From positions 448,001-512,000 of the forward strand of contig CAVPOC010000003.1 in assembly GCA_963706955.1 (NCBI GenBank): DNA of 64,000 nt. The letters are read 5' to 3'. Positions 41,807 to 52,420 of the stretch are shown here, in pieces. Position 1 is the first letter of the stretch, and every line of letters starts with the position of its first letter. Both the position numbers and the translations under genes were made by a program. The notes beneath the pieces were generated by a model, which did not search any database, had not been told where the DNA came from, and worked only from the letters and a program-made list of their open reading frames with translations. Origin of the DNA: an uncultured Verrucomicrobiae bacterium (GTDB lineage: Bacteria > Verrucomicrobiota > Verrucomicrobiia > Chthoniobacterales > Terrimicrobiaceae).

Positions 41807-44800
41807 GTGGTTGTTTCGATCACCACGAGCAGATCCTTTGTATCCACAGTTTCGCCAACTTGAACCAGCCTCTCGACGAGCTTGCCGGCGATCGGCGCGT
41901 AAACGGTGGTCTGCATTTTCATCGCTTCGATAACAAGCAACCGATCTCCTTTGGAGACACTGTCACCCGTCTCAACCATGATGCTCGTCACGGCTCCCGG
42001 AATCGGCGCGCCCACGTGACCGGGGTTGGCCGGATCCGCCTTGGCGCGTTCGACAGTCTGTGCCTTCAGCGACTCATCCTGAATAGTAACTTCCCGCGGC
42101 TGACCGTTCAGCTCGAAGAAAACTGTTCGCTTTCCCTCGGGGTGGGGCTCTCCCACGGTGAGGAATTTAATGATGAGGGTTTTACCCGGCTCGAGCTCGA
42201 CGAGGATCTCTTCGCCGGGCTCCATGCCATAGTAAAACTGAGGTGTGGGCAAGACGCTCACATCGCCGTAGAGCTGCCGCTTTTGATCAAAGCTGAGAAA
42301 TACCTGCGGATACATCAGGTAGCTCAGTAAGTCGGTCCGATTTACGTCGTGACCGATCTTCTCGCGAAGCGACGCGCTGGTCTCCTCAAGATCCACCGGC
42401 GCCAGATATTCTCCGGGTCGTCCGGGTTTCGGGCGCTGGCCGCGCAGCACCACCTCGAGCATCTTTTGCGGCCATCCACCGTCGGGTTCGCCGAGAGCAC
42501 CGGAGACCATTTCCACGACCGAATTTGGCAGGGTGAGGGTATGGTTGGCGCCGAGCCGTTCGAGTTGTCGGATGGTCGTGCCGTGACTCACCAGAAAGAG
42601 AGCCATATCGCCCACGACTTTGCTGGAAGGGGTAACCTTCACGATGTCGCCAAAGGCCATATTCACCTCGGCGTAGGTCCGGGCAATCTCCGGCCATTTA
42701 TGCCCCAGTCCCATCGACTCCGCTTGTTCTTTGAGGTTTGTATATTGGCCGCCCGGCATTTCGTGCAGATACACTTCCGCGGTGCCGGACTTTGGACTGC
42801 TGTCAAAGGGGAGATAATAGTGGCGCACAACTTCCCAATAGTCGGCGCATTCATTGAGAGCCTCGAGATCGACTCCCGGACTGCGGTCGGTGTTCTCCAA
42901 GGCGGCGACCATCGAATTGAGATTGGGCTGACTGGTCGTGCCACTCATTGAGGCCACGGCGGCATCGACGACATCGACTCCTGCTTCGCTTGCCTTCAGA
43001 AGTGTGGCCGCATTGATACCGCTGGTGTCGTGGGTGTGGAAGTGAATAGGCAGAGCGATCTCCTCTCGCAGGACTTTAACCAGCCTTTCCGCGGCGTAGG
43101 GCCGACAGACCCCCGCCATGTCTTTGATCGCGAGAACGTGCGCCCCCATGCGCTCGAGTTCCTTGGCCTTCCTTATATAATAGCTTAGCGGATACTTGTC
43201 GCGCTTCGGGTCGAGAAGATTTCCCGTGTAGCAGATTGCTGCTTCGCAGACTTTCCCGCTCTTCACGGCTGCCTCCATGGGCACCTTCATGTTTGGCAGC
43301 CAGTTTAAAGAATCGAAAATACGAAAGATATCGATCCCCTGCGCGGCGGACTCGGAGATAAACTCTTCGACGACATTATCCGGATAGGCGGTATAGCCGA
43401 CAGCATTGGATGCCCGCAACAGCATCTGAAAACAAATATTTGGAATCGCCTGGCGTAGGCGCTGCAGTCTCTCCCACGGATCCTCATGCAAGAAGCGCAG
43501 TGCCACGTCGAAGGTCGCGCCGCCCCACATCTCCAGGCTGTAAAAGTTATGCAATCGCTCGGAAACGAATCTCGCAATCGCCAACATGTCGTGGCTGCGC
43601 ATGCGTGTTGCGAAGAGCGACTGATGCGCATCGCGGAAGGTCGTGTCGGTCAGCAGGAGTTGCGATTGCTCTCGCGTCCACCTGGCAAACCCTTCAGCTC
43701 CCAACTTTTCAAGAAGCTGACGCGTCCCGCTACGAGGCGAAGATGACGCCTCGTGCTCGGGGACAACGACTGACCGCATGTGGGCCGGCTTAGATTTCCC
43801 CGCGACCTCCTTATTCCCATTGACGATCGTCTCGCCGATAAAGCTGAGGAGTTTCGTCGCCCGATCCTTTTGCGGAACGAATCGAAAGAGATCGGGATTA
43901 TCATCGAGAAAGCCTGTGGTGGCGCCTCCTTCTTGAAAGATCGCATTGTTTACGACGTTCTCCAGAAACGGGATGTTCGTCCTGACTCCGCGGATGCGGA
44001 ACTCGCGCAAGGCCCGATCCATCCTTTGGCACGCTTCTTTGAAATTCACTCCCCAAGCGGTCACCTTGACGAGCAAGGAATCGTAATAAGGGGCGATCGT
44101 CGCTCCTCCGTAGGCCGAGGCGCCGTCGAGTCTTATCCCGAATCCGGCGGGCGAGCGATAGGTATGAATCTTCCCATAGTCCGGGACGAAGTTGTTCGCG
44201 GGGTCTTCTGTGGTCACGCGACATTGGAGAGCGAAGCCGTACCGCGGAATCTCGCTCTGCTCCGGAAGACGCATCACTTCGCCATGCAACGCCTGCCCTT
44301 GAGCCACCAGAATCTGCGAGCGGACGATGTCAATACCGGTGACAACTTCTGTGACGGTATGCTCCACCTGAACGCGAGGATTTACCTCGATGAAGCACCA
44401 ATCGCCACTTTCAACATCCACGAGAAACTCGACGGTGCCGGCATTGAAGTATTTCGCCTCGCGGGCGATTCGCACCGCCGCAGCGCAGACTTCCTCGCGA
44501 ATCCGCCCGTCGAGCGCAACAGCCGGCGCCACTTCGACGACCTTTTGATGGCGGCGCTGGACCGAGCAGTCGCGTTCATAGAGATGGAGGATGTTCCCGT
44601 GATGATCTCCAAGGATTTGAACTTCGATGTGCTTGGCCCTGCGGATAAAGCGCTCGAGGAAAACGGCATCATTGCCAAACGCCGCCGCCGCCTCTTGCCG
44701 AGCTTCGGCGATCTTCGCCTCAAACTCGCTTTCGGTGGCAACGATCCGCATCCCACGCCCCCCTCCGCCGAATGCCGCCTTAACAATCAACGGGAATCCA

Positions 44801-45252
44801 ATCTCGCCGGCTACTTGCCGGGCCACGTTGGTGTCGGTCACCGGTTCTTCGGTTCCCGGAATCACCGGCACGCCTGCCTTCTGGGCAAGGCGCCGCGCGG
44901 CCGTCTTATCGCCGAGCAATCCTAGAAGATCGGCCGACGGACCGACGAAGGTAATTCCCGCCTCTCTGCACGCGTTTGGCAGGTCTGGATTTTCGGCGAG
45001 AAAGCCGTACCCCGGATGGATCGCGTCAACACCCTTTTCGTGCGCCATCGCGACGATGCCGGAAACGTCCAGATACGCTTGAACAGGCCCTTTTCCTTTG
45101 CCTATTAGGTAGGCTTCGTCCGCCTTGAATCGATGGAGACTTAATCGATCCTCCTGCGAATAGACGGCTACGGTGCGCAAGCCAAGTTCCGAGGCCGCCC
45201 GAAGAATTCGAATGGCGATCTCACCACGGTTTAAGGCCAGCAGCTTTTTCAT
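41803..45252 (-). CDS. pyc: Pyruvate carboxylase
   Basis: NRGEIAIR, HPGYGF, RDCSVQRRHQK, DTTFRDAHQS, EMWGGATFD, HEMPGGQY, KVTPSSK, EAMKM biotin site; ATG at 45252. Confidence 0.97.
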   Translation of the reverse strand: MKKLLALNRGEIAIRILRAASELGLRTVAVYSQEDRLSLHRFKADEAYLIGKGKGPVQAYLDVSGIVAMAHEKGVDAIHPGYGFLAENPDLPNACREAGITFVGPSADLLGLLGDKTAARRLAQKAGVPVIPGTEEPVTDTNVARQVAGEIGFPLIVKAAFGGGGRGMRIVATESEFEAKIAEARQEAAAAFGNDAVFLERFIRRAKHIEVQILGDHHGNILHLYERDCSVQRRHQKVVEVAPAVALDGRIREEVCAAAVRIAREAKYFNAGTVEFLVDVESGDWCFIEVNPRVQVEHTVTEVVTGIDIVRSQILVAQGQALHGEVMRLPEQSEIPRYGFALQCRVTTEDPANNFVPDYGKIHTYRSPAGFGIRLDGASAYGGATIAPYYDSLLVKVTAWGVNFKEACQRMDRALREFRIRGVRTNIPFLENVVNNAIFQEGGATTGFLDDNPDLFRFVPQKDRATKLLSFIGETIVNGNKEVAGKSKPAHMRSVVVPEHEASSSPRSGTRQLLEKLGAEGFARWTREQSQLLLTDTTFRDAHQSLFATRMRSHDMLAIARFVSERLHNFYSLEMWGGATFDVALRFLHEDPWERLQRLRQAIPNICFQMLLRASNAVGYTAYPDNVVEEFISESAAQGIDIFRIFDSLNWLPNMKVPMEAAVKSGKVCEAAICYTGNLLDPKRDKYPLSYYIRKAKELERMGAHVLAIKDMAGVCRPYAAERLVKVLREEIALPIHFHTHDTSGINAATLLKASEAGVDVVDAAVASMSGTTSQPNLNSMVAALENTDRSPGVDLEALNECADYWEVVRHYYLPFDSSPKSGTAEVYLHEMPGGQYTNLKEQAESMGLGHKWPEIARTYAEVNMAFGDIVKVTPSSKVVGDMALFLVSHGTTIRQLERLGANHTLTLPNSVVEMVSGALGEPDGGWPQKMLEVVLRGQRPKPGRPGEYLAPVDLEETSASLREKIGHDVNRTDLLSYLMYPQVFLSFDQKRQLYGDVSVLPTPQFYYGMEPGEEILVELEPGKTLIIKFLTVGEPHPEGKRTVFFELNGQPREVTIQDESLKAQTVERAKADPANPGHVGAPIPGAVTSIMVETGDSVSKGDRLLVIEAMKMQTTVYAPIAGKLVERLVQVGETVDTKDLLVVIETTT

Positions 45253-45405
45253 GGAAAGACGGCTTTGCCCGAGAGGGTGGTGACCAATTGTGACATGGCC
45301 GATGATTGGAAGGTTTCCCGCCTGGCAAGAAAAGCGTTTTTCTGCGGGATCGCTGGTGCGGCCGATGGTGGTGCAAACGATCAGGGAGCTATCGCCATTA
45401 GGATC

Positions 45406-45587
45406 GGGGAGCATACCCGTCCTCGGATGTGATTGTTCGGCGTCCACGCCGGACACCTCCACACGCCGAGAGTAGTGACATTCGCGACCGTCCTGTCAGT
45501 GATGATCACAGCTTGGCCGGGAGATTCAACCGACGCGTGGTGCTCGGCGAGACGCCGAGCACCATACCGGGGACGGGTGTGCTCCCC
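45406..45587. repeat. REP-like family B element
   Basis: GGGGAGCATACCCGTCC...CTCGGCGAGACGCCGAG...GGACGGGTGTGCTCCCC. Confidence 0.8.
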
Positions 45588-45652
45588 GAAGGTTCGCTTT
45601 TTAGCGCACCGCTTTTCGGCGAAGCGCACGCGCGCGGACAAATCTGCATCGC

Positions 45653-45681
45653 TTGACTTCCGGCGGTAGCGCCAGCACTAT
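45653..45681 (+). promoter_or_regulatory. Putative sigma70 promoter for the GH13 gene
   Basis: TTGACT-N17-CACTAT, ~85 bp upstream of ATG 45767. Confidence 0.5.
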
Positions 45682-45766
45682 CGGCGCGAACCTCTTCCTC
45701 CGCGAGTGCCGGTAATGGAAACTCGCCACCGATAGCTCAAAAGCGATTCTCTTCGATCCTCCCGCC

Positions 45767-47723
45767 ATGTACCAGCATCAGCTGCACCAGCAAATTAACC
45801 AGTGCCGTCAGGAGAAGGATTTTCCGAATAACGATGCCGGCATCCTCTTTCACACCCGCTTCATCGCGAATGGTGACCGCCATAAAGGCTCTCTATGATG
45901 AGATCTACGGGTCTCATCCGAAAGCCAGTGAGAGCTTCGCCCGGTTGCTCACTATCATCACGAGGGCCTTTATCAATCGGCCGGAGTCGATGAAAGATAC
46001 GGACGAAGAGAAGTTGGACCAGGGGCATTGGTTCCTCAGCAACAGCATCACCGGTATGAGCCTCTACGTCGATCGCTTCGCCGGTGGCCTAAGCGACGCC
46101 CAAGACAAACTCGACTACCTGCACCGACTCGGGGTCAATCTGCTTCACCTCATGCCGATCTTTGAGAGCCCTCTCGGTGAGAGCGACGGTGGATATGCCG
46201 TTTCAGACTATCTTAGCGTGGATGCGCGTTTTGGCACGCTCGAAGACCTCAAGGCACTAAGACGGCAAATGGCCGACCGGAAAATGGTCCTCATGCTTGA
46301 TATTGTGTTAAACCACACCTCGCATCACCACGAATGGGCGCGCAAGGCCAAGCAGGGTATCCAAAGCTTCCAGGACTACTACTATATGTTTCCCGATCGA
46401 AGCGTGCCCGAGCGGTTCGAGCGCAGCATGCCAGAGGTTTTCCCGGAATCTTCGCCGGGGAATTTCACCTATTGCCAGGAGATCAACAAGTGGGTGATGA
46501 CGGTCTTTCACAGTTACCAGTGGGACCTCAATTATCGAAATCCTGCCGTTTTCCTGGAGATGCTCGAAACTATCTTTTTCTACGGCAACATCGGGGTCGA
46601 CATTCTGAGAATCGACGCCCCGGCGTTCATCTGGAAACAAGAGGGCACCACCTGTCAAAACCTTCCGCAAGCACATACGCTCCTTCGGCTCATCAAACAA
46701 TGCGTTCAGGTCGCCATGCCAGGTATGGCGATCTTAGGCGAGGCGATCGTCGCGCCGAGAGAGATCATGAAATATTTCGGCACCGGACTGTTTACGGCGC
46801 GGGAGTGCGACCTGGCATACAACGCCACCCATATGGCACTGCAATGGGACGCGCTCGCCACTGGTGATACCCGAGTCATGCTGGCCGCACAGCATGAGAT
46901 CTTGCAGAAGCCTTATGGCACAACTTGGATCAGCTACACCCGCTGCCATGATGACATCGGCCTCGCCTACGAAGACTACATGATCCAGCACGCGGGCTTC
47001 GACCCGTTTCAGCATCGGAAATTTTTGCAAGATTACTATTCGGGGCAGTATCCAGGATCCTTTGCAACGGGAGCGCTCTTTTCCGTGAATCCCAAGACGA
47101 ACGACGCCCGGATTAGCGGATCGCTGGCATCGTTGTGCGGTCTAGAAAAGGCGCTCCTTAGCGACGATCTCGCGGCGGTCGATTTGGCGATTGCCAGAAT
47201 CGTGATGATGCAGGCGCACAGTTTCCTGATCGGCGGAGTGCCCATGATTTTCTATGGCGACGAAGTAGGGCGCACAAATGATTACTCCTACCTCGATGAT
47301 CCCGGAAAGAGCTACGATAACCGTTGGATGCATCGGCCAGTCATTGACTGGGACCAGAACAAACGAATCGACACGGAAGGGAGTGTCGAGGCGCGCGTCT
47401 ATGGGGCCACCCAGCGGGTGATTGCCATTCGCAACAAACTTCCGATGGTTGCCGACGCGAAAAACCTCACCTGGCTCACTCCACACAACATTCATGTCGC
47501 CGGCTATCTGCGAACTCTAGAGGATCGGCGCGTCTATTGTCTCTTTAACTTCACCGATCGACACCAGTCGCTGACATGGTTTGCCCTTAAGGAACATGGT
47601 CCTATTTCCCAGCGACTCTATGATCATTGGAGCCAGCAAGAATATTCCCTGGGGCTGGACCATGAGTCGATGGCTCTCGCGCCATATCAGGTGCTAATTT
47701 TCGAGCCGCTGCCACCGAGTTGA
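45767..47723 (+). CDS. Amylosucrase-like GH13 glycosidase; probable 1-bp insertion near 45872 separates the true N-terminus
   Basis: SDGGYAVSDY, LNHT, QWDLNY, LRIDA, GEAIV, RCHDDIG, RISG; main ORF 45834-47723; upstream frame MYQHQLHQQINQ...FHTRFIAN joins plausibly. Confidence 0.85.
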
Positions 47724-47821
47724 AACTAGTTTGGAATTCTGGCCGTGCGGATGAATACGCTTAGGCTATCCGCGCCGCGTCTTGAGATGCACTCCTCGGG
47801 CCTGCTCGCGCGTTGCGCTGC

Positions 47822-47880
47822 TGTTGCGGCACTGTCCCAGCGTCGGAGCACGTGCTTCGGCGGTGGGGACACCGCCGCTA
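47822..47880. repeat. REP-like family A doublet (degenerate left half)
   Basis: ...CGGCGGTGGGGACACCGCCGCTA. Confidence 0.7.
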
Positions 47881-48121
47881 AATCGACGAGCAGCTTAAGC
47901 TTTGCACAGAGGGTTTCCAAAAGGGGCCAATGAAAGCCGACGCCGCCGTCGGTTTGCTGCTCCTTTTCGACGATCACTATCCTAATGTTGGAGAAAATCT
48001 ATTGTTTAGTATGCAAGCTTCTGCTAGCTCCCGCTCGAACCCGCGTATTGTGAAAACTAATCTTCTGTCCAACAACCTGTCCCATTCCAATAAGCTGATT
48101 TCTCCGGGAAGAGTCATACGG

Positions 48122-49783
48122 ATGGCTGCCGCCTTGGGGATCTTGCTGGCAGCCCTTGCCCTTAGTTCATCCCGTGCGGCTACAGTGACCACTAATGGCT
48201 TTGATCTTTTTGTAAACGGCAGTCGCATGGTCATCAAGGGCATTAATTACTCGCCCTGTGCCCATCGGCGCAGTCCCCGGCAACCCTCCTTACGGAGATT
48301 ATTTCGTTCCGGAATACAGCAACGTCTGGACTCCCGACATTCAAAGCATGCGCGCCGCTGGCGTCAATGCGATCAAACTTTACGCCGGCAATCCGGCGCT
48401 CAACGCCGGCGCAGCCCGGTTCTGCGGGCAATTGGAAGGCAGTTCCTGGATGCCTGTTACAACAATGGCACCAGTCCGATTTACGTCGTGATGTTCTCCT
48501 ATGTTCAGGGGGATGTCATCGCGGCTGGCGGGGCTGCTTACCAGCAGTATATCACCGACTATCAGAACCTCGTTGGGAGCACCGTCACCCATCCGGCGAT
48601 CCTCGGCTATTGCGTTGGCAACGAAATCTTTGGCGGCGACGTGACATCCAATGCTCAATTTTGGGTCAACTTCGGCGCCCTCCTCAACGCCGCCAAGGCG
48701 GCCGGTCAAGAGCAAGGCGTCACACCCTTTCTTGATGACCGCCACCAACGACGACTACACACCCGGCCAGACATGGCCGGCCATTCAGCTGGGCGAAAAC
48801 TCCGATCAGCTCGACCAATCTGGATGCTTGGGGAATCAATGTTTATCGTGGACCGCTCTTCGGCGGAGCCGGCAACTCGGTGTTTGTGCAATACCAGCAG
48901 CTCATGACTAGTCTCAATAAGACGAAACCCCTCATCCTGGGTGAGTGGGGAACACCACACTCAACGCGCCAGGCACCGGGCGTTTACGGTAACGATGGTA
49001 GTGGTGGACCCCCTATCAATCTCGACGACGTCCCTCAAAACCAGATGGGCCAGGCCAGCCATATTTTGCCGCGACAACCACCTCGCAGTTCCTAACGACC
49101 CAGTGGCAGACGATCAGCGGCCAACATCGGCGCGGGAACAAACCAGGTCTGCGTGGGTGGCTTCATCTTCGATTGGTCTGACGAATACTGGAAGGCTGGT
49201 GACCCAGTAACCACCTCGGTGGTCCCGATCAAGGCTTTAAGGGCGGGGCATTCGCCGGCGGCTATGCGGATGAAGCCTGGTATCGGGATCACAAGCGCGG
49301 TTGATCAATCACAATACGGAAATAACCAGCCCAACATCAACCGAACGCTCTTTGACGCCTACGCCGGGATACGAGCCTTCTATACTTCGACGACGCACCT
49401 AGCCAGCGCCACTCTACGGCCATCCGGTGTTCGGCGCGCCGAATCGGGAGCGGCCAGTCATCGACATCGAATGGCCGACGCGGAAGTCAATTATCACGAA
49501 AGAGGAAACCGTGGTGATCCGTGGAACGGCTTCCGGGGGCGGCGGCATCGATCAGATTCTTGTCCGGGGTCCGCGCGAGAGCTATCAACTCGCGACGGGC
49601 ACCACCGATTGGAGCAGCCAGGAAGACCTTCGCTTCGGAAGCAATCGCTTCACCATTAAGGCGGTCGGCGCCACCGGCGACACCACGACCAAAACGATTA
49701 CGATTTACCGAGATTCCCGACCATCGGCGAGGGAAGAACGATTGGCGTGGCAAGAACCATTGGCGAAGAGATCGCTAATTTAG
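48122..49783 (+). pseudogene. Secreted clan GH-A (TIM-barrel) glycoside hydrolase with C-terminal Ig-like domain, broken by many frameshifts
   Basis: Fragments in alternating frames: signal peptide, IKGINYSP, MRAAGVNAIKLY, HPAILGYCVGNE, WGINVYRG, KPLILGEWG, GGFIFDWSDEYWK; then an Ig-like segment (GTAS...GSNRFTIKAV). Confidence 0.75.
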
Positions 49784-49818
49784 CGATCCCTTCGCCCTTG
49801 GACAAAGGATACTCCGGT

Positions 49819-50916
49819 TCAAGCTTCCGGCGCGATCTGTTCGTTCTTTAGCAGGGAAAGCTTGCGTTCGACGCCCCAGCGATAGCCGGAAATGCTCCCG
49901 TCCCGGCATAAGACACGATGGCATGGAATGACAACGGCCAGCCGATTGGAAGCAATGGCCCGCGCGACGGCGCGAACTGCCTTGGTGCGCCGATGCGCTT
50001 GGCGATCTCCGAATAACTGGAGATCGTGCCGATCGGGAATCTCTCGAAGAGCCTTCCAGACTCGGCGCTGAAAAACGGTTCCGCGCAGGTCGAGCGGCAG
50101 ATCCAAACCGGTCCGCGGAGCCTCGACGAAGCGGATCACCTTGGCAACGAGATCTTCGAAATCTTGATCGCCGGCGATCAGTTGGGCCTTTGGAAATCGC
50201 TTCGCGAGATCCTTCGTCAGCGCGGCTGGATCGTCGCCCAAGAAGATCGCGCAAACGCCCTTCTCCGAGGCGGCCACCAGGATCGACCCAAGCGAACATT
50301 TCCCGACGGCGAAGCGAATCGCCGCTCCTCTGCCTCCGTTTTGATAATCTTTTGGTTTCATGCCAAGTATTCCCGAGGAGTTCGCGTAAAATCGGCCGTT
50401 TGAATTAAATCCCGCCTCATAGATCGCCTCGGTAACTGTCTTGCGCCTTCCGAGCTCGGCACGCATGCGTTCTGAGCGATGAGCCATCGCATAGGCCTTC
50501 GGGGTCATCCCGGTGGCGGTCTTGAAAAGTCGGTGAAAATGGAAGCGGCTCAGGCCCGCGCTCTTCGCCAACGTGTCGAGGTCGGGCACCTCTTCAGCGG
50601 TCTCAATTCTACGGCACGCCGCAGCGACCAGGGCCGCTTGTCGCTCAGTCAGGCTCGGTCCATTCGGATGGCATCGCCGGCATGCTCGAAATCCAGCTTT
50701 CTCAGCGTCCGTAGCCGTTCCGAAGAATGTCACGTGCTTGCGGTGTGGCCGGCGGGCGGAGCAGGAGGCGCGGCAGTACACGCCGGTGGTGGCCACACCG
50801 AAGAAAAATTTGCCATCGGCCCGGCGATCTCTCCGCAGAACCGCGCGCCACCTTGCGTCGTCGTTAGCGCTCGTGGATGGCAAAGATCGAGTGACACTCA
50901 TGGATGATATTTTCAT
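49819..50916 (-). CDS. ada: Bifunctional Ada regulator / O6-methylguanine-DNA methyltransferase
   Basis: Zn site YCRASC...RACRRC, AraC HTH, PCHRV active site; a ~17-codon out-of-frame patch at ~49984-50036. Confidence 0.92.
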   Translation of the reverse strand: MKISSMSVTRSLPSTSANDDARWRAVLRRDRRADGKFFFGVATTGVYCRASCSARRPHRKHVTFFGTATDAEKAGFRACRRCHPNGPSLTERQAALVAAACRRIETAEEVPDLDTLAKSAGLSRFHFHRLFKTATGMTPKAYAMAHRSERMRAELGRRKTVTEAIYEAGFNSNGRFYANSSGILGMKPKDYQNGGRGAAIRFAVGKCSLGSILVAASEKGVCAIFLGDDPAALTKDLAKRFPKAQLIAGDQDFEDLVAKVIRFVEAPRTGLDLPLDLRGTVFQRRVWKALREIPDRHDLQLFGDRQAHRRTKAVRAVARAIASNRLAVVIPCHRVLCRDGSISGYRWGVERKLSLLKNEQIAPEA

Positions 50917-51060
50917 GGAAGCACGATAACCGCTTCGGCGCGCGAAAAACTCCGGTTCTTGCTTTCAAACTGAACATTGCGCGAAAGCGGTATCTTCCAC
51001 AGAAATTTTTTCCCTAATCCGACGGTGGTTGCAGGAGAAGGATGCTGTACACTTCGATTA

Positions 51061-52371
51061 ATGAAGAGCGCAGAAATCGATCGGCTCCAAGACTGGCTCG
51101 TGAAATGTGGGCTGGCCGGCTCGTCCGAGGTTGATCTCCTGCGCAACTTCTGTGACCACTGCCGGTCCGCCGGCTTGGATCTATCAACCGCCACTGCGGT
51201 AATCGATACACTGCATCCTGTCTATGAGGGCCGTGCATTTCCCTGGCGCAGCGATGGTGCCGAGGAGAGTCCCTTGATGGAGTATGGCAGCACTTCGGAA
51301 GGGGAAGCGGCTGCCAATTGGGAGAAAACTGTCTTTTTTCACCTGCTGACGACCGGAGCAGACGAATTGCGCCGGCGTCTTGGAGGTGATCCGACGGATT
51401 TCGAGACCGGAGAAATGCTGTTGGGACGGCGAGCAGGGAGTACCGGAGCAGGTGATCGGACGGATTTCGCATCCATCGAAGAATTAAAGGCTGAGGGCGA
51501 GACCGATTACATAGCCTTCGTCCACCGGTTCGCCAAGGATAGCGTCATCGGGGAAATGGATTGTGTTTTCTCGTACTGGACGACACGTAACCCTCACGGG
51601 TTTTCCGATGCGGATCTGGCGGCTTTGCGACGACTCGTTCCGACTTTGGCCCTCGGCATCAAATGTGCCTCGTTGGCCCGGATCGCTGACACACTCGTGG
51701 AGGTGTATCTCGGCCGCGCTGCCGGACAACGGGTCCTTAGCGGTCGGATCTCGCGTGGAGTGGCCGAACAGATCAATACCGTGCTCTGGTTCTCGGATCT
51801 GCGCGGCTATACCACGATAGCGGATACAACCTCTCCGGACGCAATCATTCCTCTCCTTAACGACTACGCCGAGGCGGTAATTTCGACGATTCATGAAGCA
51901 GGTGGCGATGTGCTCAAGCTCATTGGAGACGGCGTGCTCGCGGTCTTCAACATGGATGATCCCGCTGATGCCTGTCGGCGCGCCCTGCGGGCGGAAGCCG
52001 ATCTCAGAACGCGAGTTGAGACTCTCAACGCAAGCCGCGCCGAAAAAGCACATCCAGTTACGACGGTGTATCTGGCGTTGCACATCGGTGAGGTTTTCTT
52101 CGGCAACATCGGGAGCGACGAACGGCTTGACTTTACCGTCGTTGGTCCCGCAGTGAATGAAGTCAGCCGGATCGCGTCGATGTGCCGCTCGGTCGATCGA
52201 CTGATACTCGTCTCGGCGGAATTCGCCGCCGCGACACCAGAGCCCGAGCGCAGGGATTTGGTCTCGGTCGGCCGCTATGCCTTGCGGGGTCTCTCGCGAG
52301 CGCAGGAGCTTTTTACCATAGATCCAGGATCGCGGCATCCACCGGCCTCTCGCTCACTCAGCTCAACGTGA
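51061..52371 (+). CDS. Class III adenylate/guanylate cyclase with N-terminal GAF-like region
   Basis: FSDLRGYT, LKLIGDG, LHIGEV, DFTVVGPAVNEVSRI (Lys/Asp pair indicates ATP specificity). Confidence 0.88.
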   Translation: MKSAEIDRLQDWLVKCGLAGSSEVDLLRNFCDHCRSAGLDLSTATAVIDTLHPVYEGRAFPWRSDGAEESPLMEYGSTSEGEAAANWEKTVFFHLLTTGADELRRRLGGDPTDFETGEMLLGRRAGSTGAGDRTDFASIEELKAEGETDYIAFVHRFAKDSVIGEMDCVFSYWTTRNPHGFSDADLAALRRLVPTLALGIKCASLARIADTLVEVYLGRAAGQRVLSGRISRGVAEQINTVLWFSDLRGYTTIADTTSPDAIIPLLNDYAEAVISTIHEAGGDVLKLIGDGVLAVFNMDDPADACRRALRAEADLRTRVETLNASRAEKAHPVTTVYLALHIGEVFFGNIGSDERLDFTVVGPAVNEVSRIASMCRSVDRLILVSAEFAAATPEPERRDLVSVGRYALRGLSRAQELFTIDPGSRHPPASRSLSST

Positions 52372-52420
52372 GTGGAGCCGGCGCCTTTATAGATTGCGGC
52401 TCTCCACGGGACGCGAGCCA

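Noticed and set aside
43780..44925. Long antisense ORFs (43780-44925, 10789-11772, 4459-5280, 51484-52338, 36241-36975 and others)
   Set aside because: Shadow frames opposite well-supported genes in GC-rich DNA; no motifs of their own.
45253..45462. N-terminal extensions of the pyc, lpdA (to 37851), PP2C (from 14961), hydrolase (to 18200) and SDR (from 902) ORFs
   Set aside because: They run through intergenic or REP sequence and precede the family-typical N-termini.
45678..45735. Possible riboswitch/hairpin upstream of the GH13 gene (CTATCGG...CCGATAG)
   Set aside because: The left arm overlaps the predicted -10 box, so it would not be fully transcribed; no known aptamer motif.
50945..50970. 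Ada-box-like GCAA motif upstream of ada
   Set aside because: Plausible but too short to support without comparative data.
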